Origin: Dimorphilus gyrociliatus
Lineage: Eukaryota > Animalia > Annelida
Length of the DNA stretch: 64,000 nt
Assembly (NCBI GenBank): GCA_904063045.1
Contig: CAJFCJ010000022.1
Location: 62,001-126,000 of the forward strand
Direction: 5' to 3'
This document shows, piece by piece, positions 12,295 to 26,891 of the stretch (position 1 is the stretch's first letter; the number at the start of each line of letters is the position of its first letter). Below the pieces are notes generated by a model, which was not told the DNA's origin, searched no databases, and was given only the letters and a program-made list of their open reading frames with translations. Position numbers and translations under genes: made by a program.

Positions 12295-13298
12295 TTAGTG
12301 ATAAATAAAATCAATCATAGTATCCGGATATAAGACATCGGATGCTCTTAACAACCAACATTTAAATCCTCTGTGATTCACTATGATTGCTTGATAAGGC
12401 ATATTATTTATTTTGACGGCAGCTCTCGATTCACCTATCTGAACGGGTTCAAAAAATTCAAATTTTCTCTTTGCCACTTCACCAAATAATCCGTATGTAA
12501 ATTCGTCCATATAAACTTTTCTATCGACATTGTCTATGTATATATTTAGATATTTACCAATTCTGGTACTTTGCCTAATAAGAATTATAGAGAGTGATCT
12601 TGTCGGTGTAACGTAATCAACGTATAAAACTTCATCCTTTAATTCTATAAGTAAGATACCATTTTGAAATATCCATGTTCCAGACGACTGCCAATCAATT
12701 TGTAAACCTTCGACTTGAATGCAATCGAGCTGATAAGATTAGAAAGAAATCAAAAACAATGAACGACAACTAAAAAAATAACACGATTAAAAACGAACCG
12801 TCACGGTGATGTTTGTCTTTGATAAAATTTGTATGTTCTTTAATAAATTGTAATTGTGAAGTTGACCTACGATCTTGAAAAAAACTTTGCCATCTTGGTA
12901 GAGAAGAATTTTATCGTCAGTTGGTAGATACAAATTGTAACATACTGGAAACTCTTTTTGATTGTCATGGTTATGAACTAGTTGACGGATAAGTGTATCT
13001 ATTACCGCTCCACCTCCTACCATCCCTTAAAAATAGCAATAGAAATTAGAATATTCAACACGAAAATGTATAGATGCATCTTGAAACTTTTTAATTAGAA
13101 GGCTAATTAAATGAATTTATACTGGAAGGATAACTTTTGAAAGAGTAACGAACCGATTGTATCTTTTAAAAACGAAAATTTTCCATTTATATAAAGAAAT
13201 ATTTTAATTATTTCGTTAAATAATGAATAATTATAATTATTATACTAACCAAGAACAGCCAGACTACTAAAAATCCAAAGGATATGTGACGTTTTCAT
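12295..13298 (-). CDS. Secreted protein consisting of a single inter-alpha-trypsin inhibitor heavy chain C-terminal-like (ITI_HC_C / VWD-like) domain, about 236 aa
   Basis: Three exons (13298-13250, 13025-12799, 12729-12295) splice in frame. Signal peptide MKTSHILWIFSSLAVLG. The motifs VCYN, ILLYQD, IVGQL, YLNIYIDN, TYGLFGE, KCWLL and DFI occur in the same order as recalled ITIH C-terminal motifs (LCFN, ILSLVQD, VNGQL, FLGFY, THGLLGQ, SCWF, DYI). Confidence 0.7.
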
Positions 13299-13851
13299 TG
13301 TTCGAAAAAATTGAGCCGGAACTGCAAAACTCGTAGTTCGCCTACCGTCACTTTGTAAGTATTCCACCTTCTTATATTATTTGTGTGTCTTCTGAGCTGT
13401 TTTACTCACAGAAATACAGCTCAACTGTATTAAACTACTTATTTTGTCTCTTTAAGAGGTCCAGCTGATGTTTTTTAAATAACAACGTGTTATGCCTGAA
13501 GAACTTTCATATTTTTTGTGCAAAGTATATATTTTATTAACTTTAGTTATAAACATCATTTTAAATAAAAATGACACATTGTGGTATTTTAATACTGAAA
13601 CGTAATTCAGAGATAAAACAGTGATAAAAATAAAAGAAAATGCAACTTCATCGTCTGCTCAGATAGTTGATACACACATAGACATACACACAAACTCTCG
13701 TTGGTTTCTTTCTAATAACGCCATCTGGTTTAGAAGCATTATTAAAAGTAATAGCTTCTTATCGGGCTTAGTGTTTCCTCTTATTATATCTTACTTCCAC
13801 TCTTTCATTCTTTTATCGTTTCATTCATTCGTTCATTCTGTTTTCTCTTTA

Positions 13852-15783
13852 CTAATTAGCTTTAGCTATTGCGTATTTTTGTCTAATTCTTCTTGGATTA
13901 GGATTTGCCAATTCTGCCAGTCTTACGGAAGCTCTGTGACTTCTTGCAGCTGCGGAAACTATGTAAAAATCATATCCATCGTTTACGTCTATTTTTCTTT
14001 TATGCTTTGCCAAATTTTGTACCCTAACTGTTGCATAACCTCGTTTAGCCGCATCGCTCACCTCCGTTTGTGGATCTCTATCGAAAATGGATTGATATGG
14101 TTTCGGAGAAGCGAGATAAGCTACCCTTTCGGAAGAGTTGACAGCTTTTGCTGTTGGACTTACGCACCAAATAGGTTGTTCAAAAGGTCCGTAATCGATT
14201 GTATCAGGCAATCTTTTTTTCGGCTTACTCATATCACATATTCGTGGTGAAGCAGTCGCTTTGCGAGCTGTTTCGGGAACTGGCGTAGGTAATTGTCTTA
14301 ATGGCGTATATTCTCTATGCAAAGGTTTCGGTGAAGCTAGAAGAGTGACGCGTTCAGAAGGTTCGGCAGCTTTTGCAGAATTAGAGACTGGCCATTGAGG
14401 ATTTTGTCTTTAGAATAAAAGATATAAGACAATATAAAATATAAGTGTTTGATGAATGAGATTGATTAATTAGAAAAGTTTACATTGGTCTAATCAATGT
14501 TCAAATAGAATTGAATTGAAAAGAGAAATAAATCATTACTTAATCCCTTTTATAGGATGTAAGCGTATAACTTTAGCAAAGGCTGTTTTAGTCTTATTAT
14601 TATTATTATACAGCAAATAAACCATATAAATTATATTATTATATACTGAAAGTATAGATTGTAAATATAGTGAATATACTATATCTATATACTTATATAT
14701 TGTCTATCTGCAAACGTACCAGTTTAATGCGATTAATATTATGCAATACTGTATAACGGATCATTGTAAAATCTTGTAGTTATTCTGTCTACGCTAAATA
14801 CATTGAAAACGCGGTTGTATTCTTCTTTTCTCCTCAACTTAAAAGAAAAAAATTACTTAACAATAAGTTAAAGAGCAGATTATATCATTTATTAATAACA
14901 CTGAAGTATCTTAAAGCTAATTAAACAGGGAAATATAATAAATATATTCTGTTAATTAAAAAATACTAATAGGCTTACCTAGTACTTGGTGTATATCTTT
15001 TAGGCTTTGCTAGTATATCCAATCGTTCGCTTGTTGCTGTTGATCGATTTACACAATCGTTTTATATTTATAATTCATTAGGAAACGATAGTATAATAAG
15101 CTAGAGAAAGACTTACCAAATCCGCCTCCTGGTTGCCAAGGTTGTCTATCAGGCATATAAACCGATTCCCTATAAAATTAAAACAATAGCGATTAGAAAT
15201 CTATCTTATCTCTCTCTTTTTTTTTCTTTTCTCATTTCTAATCTTCTCCTCTCCCTGCCCACGCATATTTATACACACACACACACACACACACACATAC
15301 ACAAATACAAATTCTCTCTCTATTCCTTTCTTTCTTTCTTGTTTTCTCCCTCTTGTTCTTTGTTTTAATTTTTTGTTCAATAAATGATAATAATACTTTA
15401 TGAAACGTATTTGTATGGCATATATGCAGTTAATAAAGTTTTTAATAGGCCTGAATTAGTTTTTTGCAGAACTTAAAGCAGAAATCCTTTACCTATAAAA
15501 CTATTATCCAAAGTAGTTTTAAATAGATTAATAAGGATTTGAAAAAAAAGTGTATAACTACTTACTTATGATTTGCGTAATAATACGTCCGATTTCTTGG
15601 CGTTGCCAACTGACTTATTCGATCTTGTTCTATAATTAAGAAAGTGAAATATTTAGAAAGTTTCCCTGTATGGTTTTTTTATTTTACATGTGCTTTTAGA
15701 TGGATTCTATACAAGATAGATATATTCTATTCTTAGAAATACTTATTGATATCTGTTAATTAACTCAACTTACCCTTAACCAT
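13852..15783 (-). CDS. THEG: THEG-repeat (testicular haploid expressed gene-like) sperm microtubule-associated protein
   Basis: Exons near 15783-15774, 15.55-15.62 kb, 15.12-15.17 kb, 14.97-15.03 kb and 14.41-13.85 kb. Repeated W-x-VS-x-AK-x-A-x2-S-x-R-x2-LA-x-PK units (RISQLATPR, RLDILAKPK, RVTLLASPK, RVAYLASPK, RLAELANP). The start codon is tentative. Confidence 0.75.
15273..15296. repeat. (CA)n microsatellite
   Basis: Direct run of CA dinucleotides in a THEG intron. Confidence 0.95.
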
Positions 15784-18700
15784 TTCGTCTCGATAGGCGT
15801 TACCAGGTCGACTGATTAATCCATTGACAATGAGTATTGCCAATGGTCACTAGGTGGAGTATCGCTTAGGCTACATTTTCCCCTCTACCGCATACTAATT
15901 GAGATAATTATCTAGAGAAGATTAAGAAAAAAGATAATAACAATTTTGTTATTGATTTCAAAGAGAGTCGTAAGGAAATATTGAAGGAAATATTCTTTAT
16001 TCAATATTTCTATCATTTTCCAACTATCATTTAGCAATATTTTCAGAATGTATGAATATAAATTGATAGCGTTTTCCGATAGTTGGCGACACTGTATACT
16101 GTATAACATTGGAGAAATTAATAAAATGGATTGGATATTTATCTTAAAAATGCTTAAAGTTTTAAAAAAGAACTTTATATTACAGTTGATTATGCAATCG
16201 TTTCTTGAAGGGGGAGAGGGTGCTTTTTTCTCCTCTATAAATATACGTAATTCAATAACTTAATGAAAGAAAGAAAATAAAAGTATATATAGATATTTTG
16301 TTTATTTTTTTTTATTTCAAACAAACAGCCTTTAAACATATTTTTTGTATTTTATAAAGTTCACTGAACTTTTTTTTAAGACTATTTAAAAACTGGAAAA
16401 TATAGGATTAAAATACTTAGATAGAATAGATTACAGATATTATTTAAATATCTAGGGATTATTCGAAATATTATTCATTTTTATTTATTGAAATGATCAT
16501 TTTTGATTGTTGAGAAGAGAATCTTTAATGTCTTTTATAATAAAAGGAATGACATGTTTTCTTTTTTAAACGACATCTGCACATTTGCCTTTATATGGCT
16601 ATATATAAATTATATATAGATATATATGTGTGTGTGTGTATTTAATATTCTCTTTATCTATAATATGTCTTTGGAGTAAAACTTTTCATCTTGTGTGATT
16701 TAGCACATTTTTCTATTAATAAAATAATAACAAAAAAGCCATTTAAAGTTACTTTTCTTCTATTTTTTTTCATCTTAGACAAGTTTAAGCTTACATACTA
16801 AAAAAAACTAATAAAGTAGTTGTTTGTGTTTTAATGATGTGGAAAAAATTGTTATATTTAGTCCTTTTTGCAGTATTTCTATTCAGTTTAATATTGATTT
16901 TAGTATAGCTATCTTAATGATGTATTTTATAATTCCCCTTTGTATTCTCCATAGCCAAAAACCTTTCTCCTTCTCCTTTATCAATTTGTTTGAACAACTG
17001 AAATATTTACACTATTGTTTTGCTTGATATTCTTTCATAATAGAATACATGATTTAGCTGAACAGAAAACTAGATATGAACTACAAGTAATAAACTTGAA
17101 ACAGAAATAGCAATCAATCAGATTGAATAGCAATAAAGATAAGAAACTAATATTCTAATACGATAAACCAAGTACTCCATTTATAGGGAATAACAATCTT
17201 TTAACATTGATTACATTAAATAATTGTAAGAGTAAAAGTATACTTCGAAAGCTTAAGTTATAAGTATAGCTTTGATTTATATTAAATTACTCCTTTACGC
17301 TAATATTACTTCTTTTGTCTGCGTCGTTATTCTCCTCTACTCGTTAATTAACTTTTCTATCTTTATCGTTTTCGCTTATCTCTCTCTCCTCCAAGAAAGA
17401 GTGTTGAAAATGAAGAATATATAGAGAATATTCATTCATATTTTCTCCTACAGTTCATAAGTCACAGTGACTAATTTGCATATGCGTAAGACTTTTCTAT
17501 TCATTCTGAAATCTAAGAGAAAAACGAGCAGAAAGAAACTAACAATAGAAAAAAAGTATATATCTTTTATGTCAAATAAGATATACATTTTAGAGTATAA
17601 GATATTTATGCAAAATTAATCTTCTTTATATTTATATATAGTTCATATTTTATATATTCCTTTATCTTTGTTTCTCCTATTGGCCAATCTATCACCTTTC
17701 ATTTATGGATAATTAATTCATAGAAATTATTCTAATTTCAAGGAATTATTCGACGTTTTCCATATTTCTAAAAAGCAGTAAAACGTGCAATTTATCAATT
17801 AAATAACAAAGAGAAAAGCAGCTAAGAAAAACAATATCTAAAGAACATAGCATCTCAATAAGAATAGTGGAACATTACGACAATGATACCAGTTAAATAC
17901 TAATATTTGGTCAAACTTCAAATACATTTTCACTTATTTTATTGAAATATTAAGATGAATTATGTAGATCCGTTTAAATATTTATAAAGACGATTTTAAC
18001 AATGCGAATAGAAGTAATATAAAAGACATTGAATTATATCATAGCTTCAACGTGCTTCAACTTTAATTTTGACTTTCATTTGTAAAAGATGCTGTTAAGC
18101 ATTAAATTAAACTCTTACTTCTCTTCTTCTTCACTCTATTGCTAATTAACGCGTAGGTAACAATTTTATCAATCATTACCTTACATGAAATTGTAATTAT
18201 CTGTTGTAAATGGTGTAAAAAGTCTCTATTATAATTCATATACTATATTAGAATATTAGCGTATTTTAAATCATCTCCAGATTCAGTTTCACCTTATTTA
18301 TAATTGAAATAAGTAAAAAAAAAATGATCTCATTTACATATGCAAATAATTCAAATGTTTTCATTTATGTATAGGATAATATTCTATTGTATTTTTCTTC
18401 TTTCAGAGTTGATATTTAATTATTTCTCTTGCAAATGACATTTTTCTCTCAATCAAATGTTAAACCTCTACATTTTGTCATGTATTATTAGGACATTTTC
18501 GTGGATAATGGTTGAAAAGTCCTTGGATTAAGTTCATTTATTTTTTGTAATATTCGATAAAAGAACAAAGCTTTTACTTATACAAATGTTTATATCTGAA
18601 TAAACCAACTAAATAAGTCACTTATATTAAAATAATAATTAAATTTTTCTTTTGCAACGTATGGTTAGAGACGAGGATCGGGAAAGAAATATAACCATAG

Positions 18701-20491
18701 AGAACCTAATACAATCACCTAATTGACAGATTTATAAGCGTTCTGATATAAATATTTTCTCATACTAGTGTATCGTATATAGCATATATAAATAAACGTA
18801 ATGCGCCTCTATATGCCTTTTGCGTTTGGCATTGATCACAAAAATTTATTTGCCATAATTTAATAACGTTGTACCAGTATAGTTAAACTAAATATAAATT
18901 ATTGAAGGTGAGATATACTAGGAAACATGCTTATCTTATCAAATAGAACTATGTTAGTTATATCATTTCTACTTGAAGAGATACGATAAGAGCATATGAA
19001 CATAGTTGTATACTTGTATGTTTCATTAGTAGAAACAAGATATATTACACTGAGTCTATGTAACAGACGTTCAAAGAGACATGAAATATATAGTGTAGAG
19101 AAGTCTTTTATAAGAAATTTATCGAAATGAGACAGGGGGATGTAAAAAAACTCTATCAAAGATTATATAGTTATTGTACAACCTACATGAACTGACCAGG
19201 CAAGATTTTCTATTAAAGTTGAAGGCACTTAAAGGGAAAAATTTGAACAGCAATTGATCCAGTAGTGCACTGGATATAGGTCTGAATAGTGAATTTGACA
19301 GATTTTCTACTATGTGCTTAAATATTTTGTGAGTTTAGGCTTTCTTTTTAAGAGAGAATCCAATTGAAACGAAGAAAATGGTGCTATTTAAAGAAAGGAA
19401 ATCAAGTTAATTGTTGGTCTAGTTAAAGGTTGTACAGTAATATTGCGTATATACTGTATATATATAGATTTATAGACAGCTAAGAAGCAATGAAGATCTT
19501 TCGATAGCAGCATCTTAATTGTCATATAAAGGAAAAGCGAAGGTGTACGTAAAAACCCAATGATGATTGTTTTGAGGCCAATAAAGGGTCGGTAATTTAT
19601 TTATATAACTTTTGAACTTTTTCTATATGTCTTTCTTTCTCAGTTAGGTAGAGATTACTATTGAAATCCATAGGAGAGAGAGAGAGAGAGTAGGGAAAAA
19701 ATTGATTAATAGAAAGAAAGAAAAATTCTGAACAAATCTTATCTATTGATATAATAATAAAAATAAGGACAGTTGATTAAGAATGTTCCATTTATTGGAT
19801 AAGATTTCAAAAACACATTTTCAAAAAAAAGAATGGATTAATTAAAATTATAAGCAAGCAAAGCGAGACGCAGAACAAGTCGTTCGTAAAATATAACGTG
19901 ACTAGACTCTTTTCTCTATCTTTAGCAGTTGTCTATCTGTTCTTCATTTAACGAATGCTCATTAATATTCATGGCATTAAATAACGAGAAAATAAACAAA
20001 GATTATATAAAAAAAAGAATTCATCTCTGTTGAGGAGTTACTTCAACAAAAAAAATATTCGTTATAATTAAATTATATCAGTATGTAACAGTAGGTAAAG
20101 AATTAAAGCTTGATTATTAGCCGCGATGCCATTGATTAGTCGGGTGTAATTGTATACACAATATTTTTTATGATATTGTATTCTCCTCTCTTTGAGACGG
20201 AATAGGTGAAAAAAATTCCCCATAGAAAACGAAACTAGTTTTAATTTTTCTTCTTCTTTGTGAAATATTTAATATAGTCATTTGTCAATTTTCGTATATA
20301 TATATATATATCTAGACTCTGTATATACATACATATATTAGAAAACTATACAGTCTCTGCAATAACACAAGTTGATAAGGTAAAATCAGAATTAAAAAAT
20401 GAGCAATCACAACAAATCAGTTGCTTTAGTTGATAAAACTTTCTCTGATGAAGGCCTGTTATTTATTTATTTTTTTTTTCGAGATATATAG

Positions 20492-23488
20492 TTAGATTTT
20501 CTCCATTCGCCAAGCATTTTTCAAATTGATTCCTATTGTATGTCGAAGACAAACCAGTGATACAATAATAAATATGAAGGATGTTATTGACATCGAAATA
20601 CCGGCAAAATAGAATGTCTTATCATAGTTACCACTTCTATCGTGTAAATATCCCCCAACTGTTGGACCGATACATATTCCTATACCCTGAAAGAATCTAA
20701 CTAAACCAAAGGCATCTTCAACTTGTCTACTTTTCACCAAATCCGATAAGATTGATGCGTGTTGACTGTAGAAAGCACTACCGAACATGGCGCTAGCCAT
20801 AAATATAGAATAAATTCCACCTGGTCCAATACTGTTTGGAACGTTAGTTACAACTAGTCCAAAAACTAGTCCAACTATGCCTAACAGTTGTATTCTAACA
20901 GGTCGTACTTTCTTATAATCGAATATTAATCCTAAGGATATCCTGCCAAATACTTCAAATACTGACGATATACTAAGAATTAACCATAGATCATAATTAG
21001 TTAATTTTCTTTCTAAGCATAATCCTCCAAGGTAGGTTGTAACAACATTGAACGTGGAAAAGGTGACGAGCATTAGAAAGCAAAAGGCAACGGTAGTTGG
21101 ATCTCTGAGTAAAGTCAGATCTATAATCGATAATATTTTAGCTTTTACATTGAATGATTTCGATTTTTTGACCAGTAGTTCATCAGAAGGAGATGTTACA
21201 GCGTCTCCATTATTATGATTTTCTTCCCTAATTTGCATTACAGATTCATTAACATCATTAACTGTTCTACTCCTTATTAGAGAAGCTTTTCCGTTTGTAA
21301 ATCTTTTCATTCTTTCCTCAGAATCCAACTCTCCATTATCTATAGTAGACATAACAAGTGTGTGTGAATTGGCAAGTTCATGGGCTTTTGTTAGCCTAAC
21401 AGGACGGTATAGGGCAGCAGAGATGCAGCACTGCAAAACTAATCCGGCTGAGATAAGTATCATACCAGAGTAAGCTAACTTCTCAAAGCTAAAAGTTAGC
21501 AGGGGAGCCATTGCCAAGGATCCTAAACTTCCACCGGCAAGGGCTATAGCCATAGCTCGTCCCTGATAACGGCAAAAGTAGTGTGGTATAATAATAAGTG
21601 TGGGCGTTATTATTAAGCTGGACCCAAAACCTGTAATGAATTAATAAAGCATAAAAAAAACACTTCCTTTTTGTTATAGTAGTACTTTGCATAGATGTAT
21701 ATGTATATGTATACATTATACATATACTGTATCTATAAATCCGATTCTTATCTACTTAAATAATATATCAGAGTAATACAAAAATATGGTTAAGATATAG
21801 TATACATTTCAAATAAACATGTAAGACTATACAATTCAGAGACCATTTAAGTTTAATTTTAAGTTCTATTTGTTACTGATCTTTTGTAACAATTAGTTAT
21901 TATTGTTGTTAATTCGATTAAATTAGGTCTTAATAATAGAATATTCGGATCTATTTCACAACACTTTAGAATAAATATATACTGTATATATACATTATAT
22001 ATAAACCTGCTCACCCGCAATACATCCATATGAGGCATATAAAAAATATATTGAAGCAATTGGTGGATAAGCAGTAAGAATGTGTCCAATACAAGATATC
22101 AATGCTCCACTCATAACGACGGTTCGACAATTGAAACGTTTACAAAGGTAAGCGGCAATAGGACCTAAACGTTTAAAGAGACAAAATTATAAATATGCAC
22201 CCTAGTATAGTAATTGTTATTTATTTTTCTTTACCTGTCATCATCTTAAAGCAACCGTTTAACGTTACTATCCAACTAGATTGCGTATCTTGAACTTCGT
22301 ATCGCTCCTTAAATTTTTCATAAAGAATCGTAAACGATTTAACATTACCACCCATAACAAACCTGAAAAGATGTATTAATATATAGAAAATCTGAAAGCA
22401 ATATACATGCTTTATTCAAATATTGAATTTTTTTCATATCTACTAATATAAATATTTTATTTGAGATTCTAACTTGTAAAATTTCTCTCTGTAACACGAA
22501 ACTTGCTTTCTTACTATTCTAGGCCTAGATGATAACGTCTGTTTAAAAGTCACAGACTTAGCGTACGATTCGAAAGACAGACGCCAAAAAGAAGTTCAAG
22601 TAAGACTATACATTCCTTTCTGGGAAATGAATTAAATTCTCCAGTTGAAACTAGAATATCAAATTTCTACTGTATATAGTTTGATACTTAATTTTTTTTA
22701 TAAATTCTATTTTTAGAAATATTTTAATAAATCTAATTTATATAAAAAAGAAACTTTTCCAAGAATTCAGAGGTTTATAACAATATTTTTTAACTAGTTT
22801 AATGATTGTATTATAAAACTATTATCGTTTTTTTTATTATTCAGTATTTCATTCATAACGAACATTTGTTTTCATAATAAACAAATTATTATTAGAATTT
22901 TCTTTAATATTTCGAAATAGAAAAACATTTGCTACAATTTAAAGTAAAAATTGAATATATCTATCCGAAATTTCAGATAACTTAGTAGTAAAAAATTCTG
23001 AATGAATGAATGAATTAGTAGGAGTATATGATTAATTGACCGACAAATTGATTGATAGATTAGTTAACTGATTGATTTAATTATTCAATAAATAACAAGA
23101 GTGATAGAGGAAAGAAACCGACTAATAATAATAATAACAATAATAATAATACAATAGTAATCGCTTAATTATTGTAAGAGTTCGATTGTTAAAGATATAG
23201 GTATAAAAGTTAGTTTATCTACTACTTTGTATTAGTTTTTTTTGCTGCAAAGAGCAATTCCGTTTGAATGTATATTTTATGAGATTGAAAGAATTTACAC
23301 TAGAATACATTCTCAACAAAGGGAGATAACTAGTAATCGGTCGTATGTTATATATGGTATACAATCAGTTTAATTAGTAATAAAATAAAAGTTGTTTACC
23401 AGACGATGCCAGCTCCGAGAACAACCATCCAAGCCCAACCTTTGTCACGATTATCATTGTTTTCCCTTTTTGTGAACTTTTCATCCAT
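20492..23488 (-). CDS. Monocarboxylate transporter family (SLC16/MCT, MFS) protein; 4 coding exons
   Basis: N-terminus MDEKFTKRENNDNRDKGWAWMVVLG (MCT D-GGWGW-like motif), GPIAAYLCKRFNCRTVVMSG, YF-x-R-x-RAMAIA-x2-G, a large central loop, GRISLG and about 12 hydrophobic segments. Confidence 0.9.
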
Positions 23489-24910
23489 AGTAGACCCTAG
23501 AGGATGCAGCAAATCGATAGTAAAAGCCTTGACCTAGATATTATTGATTTGAAATATTAGGATTATTATACCAGAGTGATAATTAGTAAATTTAATCAAT
23601 CTACATATACTGTATATATACAGTTTGTGTGTGCGTGTGTATATGTGTATTTGTAATGATATACACGTTTATTCAAGTATGTTTGTAGATGTTTGCTTTA
23701 AAGAAATAAATGATAGAATTTTATAAAAAGATTAAATATTATTATATTAAAAGGAAATGATATTTTTTATAATTTTTCTCTTCTTCCCTAATAATAAATA
23801 AACTTTTTTCCCCCTAAGTCAACAATCTGATTTATAAAGACAACCCGCTTGCTTATTGATCAAAAAAAAAATTTGTATTTCATTTAAAAATCTTATACAC
23901 AGTCTCTTTTTCTCCTCTCTGTTTATCAAGATTAAAAAGTTAAAAAGGAAGATACAATACAATTGATCAACACACTTTTTTGAACAAAACAAATAATATA
24001 AATAATATCGTACCTGGAATTTTGTTCTTCCAAATTTATATCCTTCAACTTTGACCTTCCTCTTATATTTTTATTTGTGTCAATATTTATCGATGAACTT
24101 CAATTATTCTTATCATGAAATTCGAATTTTCATATTTATTATAGAAAAATACAATGTACATTTTTTTCCGCCAGAATAATAAACAAAATCCACCGGCTTT
24201 TTCTTTTTTTTTTCACGATAATGTAAACAAATGTTTTATAAAAGCAGAATATGCCTTTTATGTTTATTGTTGAGTATTATTCCACTTTGATTTTAACGTC
24301 ACAATTGTCGTAAATAGTGAAAATTTTAGAGTTATTTGTTGATTAGTTAGTTGTAGTCACTGCCAGTACTCATGCACTTCTGAACCTGGCCGATTTAATT
24401 AAGGCCGTTACTCAATTGGACAGGATACCACATTAATCCTTTATCATCAATGCTGACAGCTTTCTATTCTAATATTATAGATCGCTAATAATTTATTTCT
24501 ATTAAACTATATACTTTCAAGTAAATCAAAAATTTAAAACTAGTTTTTATCTTACTTTTACGTGAATACCAGTCCAATTGATAAGACTATCAATAAACTT
24601 GTTCACTAGCTTCGTAGAACTAGTAACCAACTATTTTAACTAAATAGGACATGGCGGGAAATATGAACTATTAACTATTGATTGTCAAGATATAGGCACA
24701 GACACACAGGCAGACCAACTCTTTTCTATTGTGTTTCTTTATTATAAACTGAAAATTATATCTTTAAGCTATTACAATAACAAAGTCTCCACCCAAATTT
24801 ATGGACGAATATATTATATGAAAAATTAAGAACTTTTGATTTTCTTTATCATTTAGTTAATAATCTATTTATTTTATTCCAAATAGTTAAATAATAAAGG
24901 AGCGAGTCTA

Positions 24911-25073
24911 ATATATATATATATATATATAGAGTATATATGTGTGTTTGTATATGTTTGATTCTGTCAATCAATATCAAAAGTGTAAAAAATCTTCCTA
25001 TCCAGTCTAGTTATACTAGATTTTGTAATTTAAATAGTACATATATATATATATATATATACTGTATTTATAG

Positions 25074-25116
<43 letters not shown>

Positions 25117-25120
25117 TATA
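24911..25120. repeat. Cluster of (TA)n microsatellites
   Basis: Several TA runs at about 24911-24930, 25041-25060 and 25078-25113. Confidence 0.9.
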
Positions 25121-26891
25121 TATGTGTCTGTAAAAGGATAATAGAATGGAAGGCATATATACAAATATTGCAAATATGTATGAACAGGGTGAAGAAAGAA
25201 GAAATTTATAGCGGCCGTTTATACTTTTCTATAAGAAAAAAACGTCTTAGTCGATGAATTACGAAAGACGACTTAAATTTTGTGTCAAGGATACAACAAA
25301 TTCAATACACGTACACAAACACGTATTACTGTAAACCGTTCGTACGTAATACCATACTGAACACGTGTTGATTATTATATAGGTTAAATTAAATCCAAGT
25401 AATTAACAAATCATAAAATTGTCTCTAATGTAATTTATAAATTCAATCAATTAAAAAATGAACATAATTTAAATAATTAATTCTTTATATGTCTATTAAA
25501 ATGCATTAGATATGAACCTCTTCTGCTTTGCTATCGTTTAATTTTGAACGATTTCAAGAAAGCTGTTTTTCTTTATATAAATATATATATATATATACAC
25601 TTTTTTAATATTTTATACAATAAAACGCATTCAATATCAACTATAACTTGGACAAGGACGTTTAAGTATAAAATGCTTTATTCTTTATTCGTGATACGAG
25701 AATTTTCCCCACCTGCTTCCACTCCCTGAGTTTAACCAAAAAAAAATATCATTCTTTACTATGGGCTTGTTTTGTTTGTCATATTCGTTTCGTTCGCCAG
25801 ATTGAAATGTGTAATTAGTATATTAAACGTATTTTTTCGATTATAAAGTAATACAGTGAACAAATATATATACATCTATATAGTGTATATTCTAGTCTAT
25901 ACAATTTTGTCCATTTTTATTATATAAAGATTTAATCATTCAGTTGCTTTGTTGTCTTTTATATAACAGCCCACTGGCTGCTTAATACTATCAACTACTA
26001 TCATAAAAGACGAAATGTGAACACTAGAATAGGCTATGTACGTATTTGCCATAAGTGTTCACCTTTTCCTCAGCTGCCCCTTACCTGACAGACTGATAAT
26101 TGGGTTGCACCGTAGTAGTTGATACTTGTATATATAACTATTATATATAAATATTACATTCAATCATTTTTATCATAAATTTTAATAAAAATAAATAAAA
26201 AATTAGTAAACTTTTTATTTAAAAATATAAAAAAGCTTACTTTTATGAAAGATCATCATTATGCTACTCGAAGTGTCCATTTCTCTAAATCAGTATTACA
26301 AATAATTGCCTGTATCTTACTTCTCTTTGGCTTATTGGTTTTAGCTTGTGTTTTTTAATTTGATTTTTGATTTTTATTATTAATTTTTCAGTTAAGAACT
26401 CATAATCGTTCTTCATTTGAATGTTAACAATTCCTATCGTTCCCTTTTAATACTTAGAAAAAAGTGTTACAAGGTTAAGCTAGAAGATTACCTGCTGTGA
26501 AGAACAAATGTAGGTATTTAATTTTCAGTATTCGCAATAAGAAGAAGCAAAGAAAATTTATACGTGGATAGCGGATAAGGTCTAGTTTATAAAGTATATT
26601 ACACAATAAGCTTATGGGGAAAAAAAAACCAATCGAACAGGTTTCTCGTATTTTCTTATCTAGTATCTTCTCTATCATTTATTCGAGTTTAATTTATAAA
26701 ATAATATTATTCATCAATTCAAATATTTAATTTCTCTTTTCTTCCATTATTTAGAAATCCATAGAAACAGGTTTTGTCAAATAATATCACTAAAAGTGAT
26801 TCGAGGAAACAGAGGGAGGAGGGAGCGGGGTGAGAGATAGAGATCAAAAAAGAAATTTATGAAATTTTTTTCTAACAGAAATTTAATAGTT

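Noticed and set aside
13621-14250. 209-aa plus-strand ORF
   Set aside because: Antisense shadow of the THEG last exon and its 3'UTR. It starts with GTG and has no recognisable motifs.
19258-19276. 7-bp hairpin ATCCAGT/ACTGGAT
   Set aside because: Stems this short are expected many times by chance.
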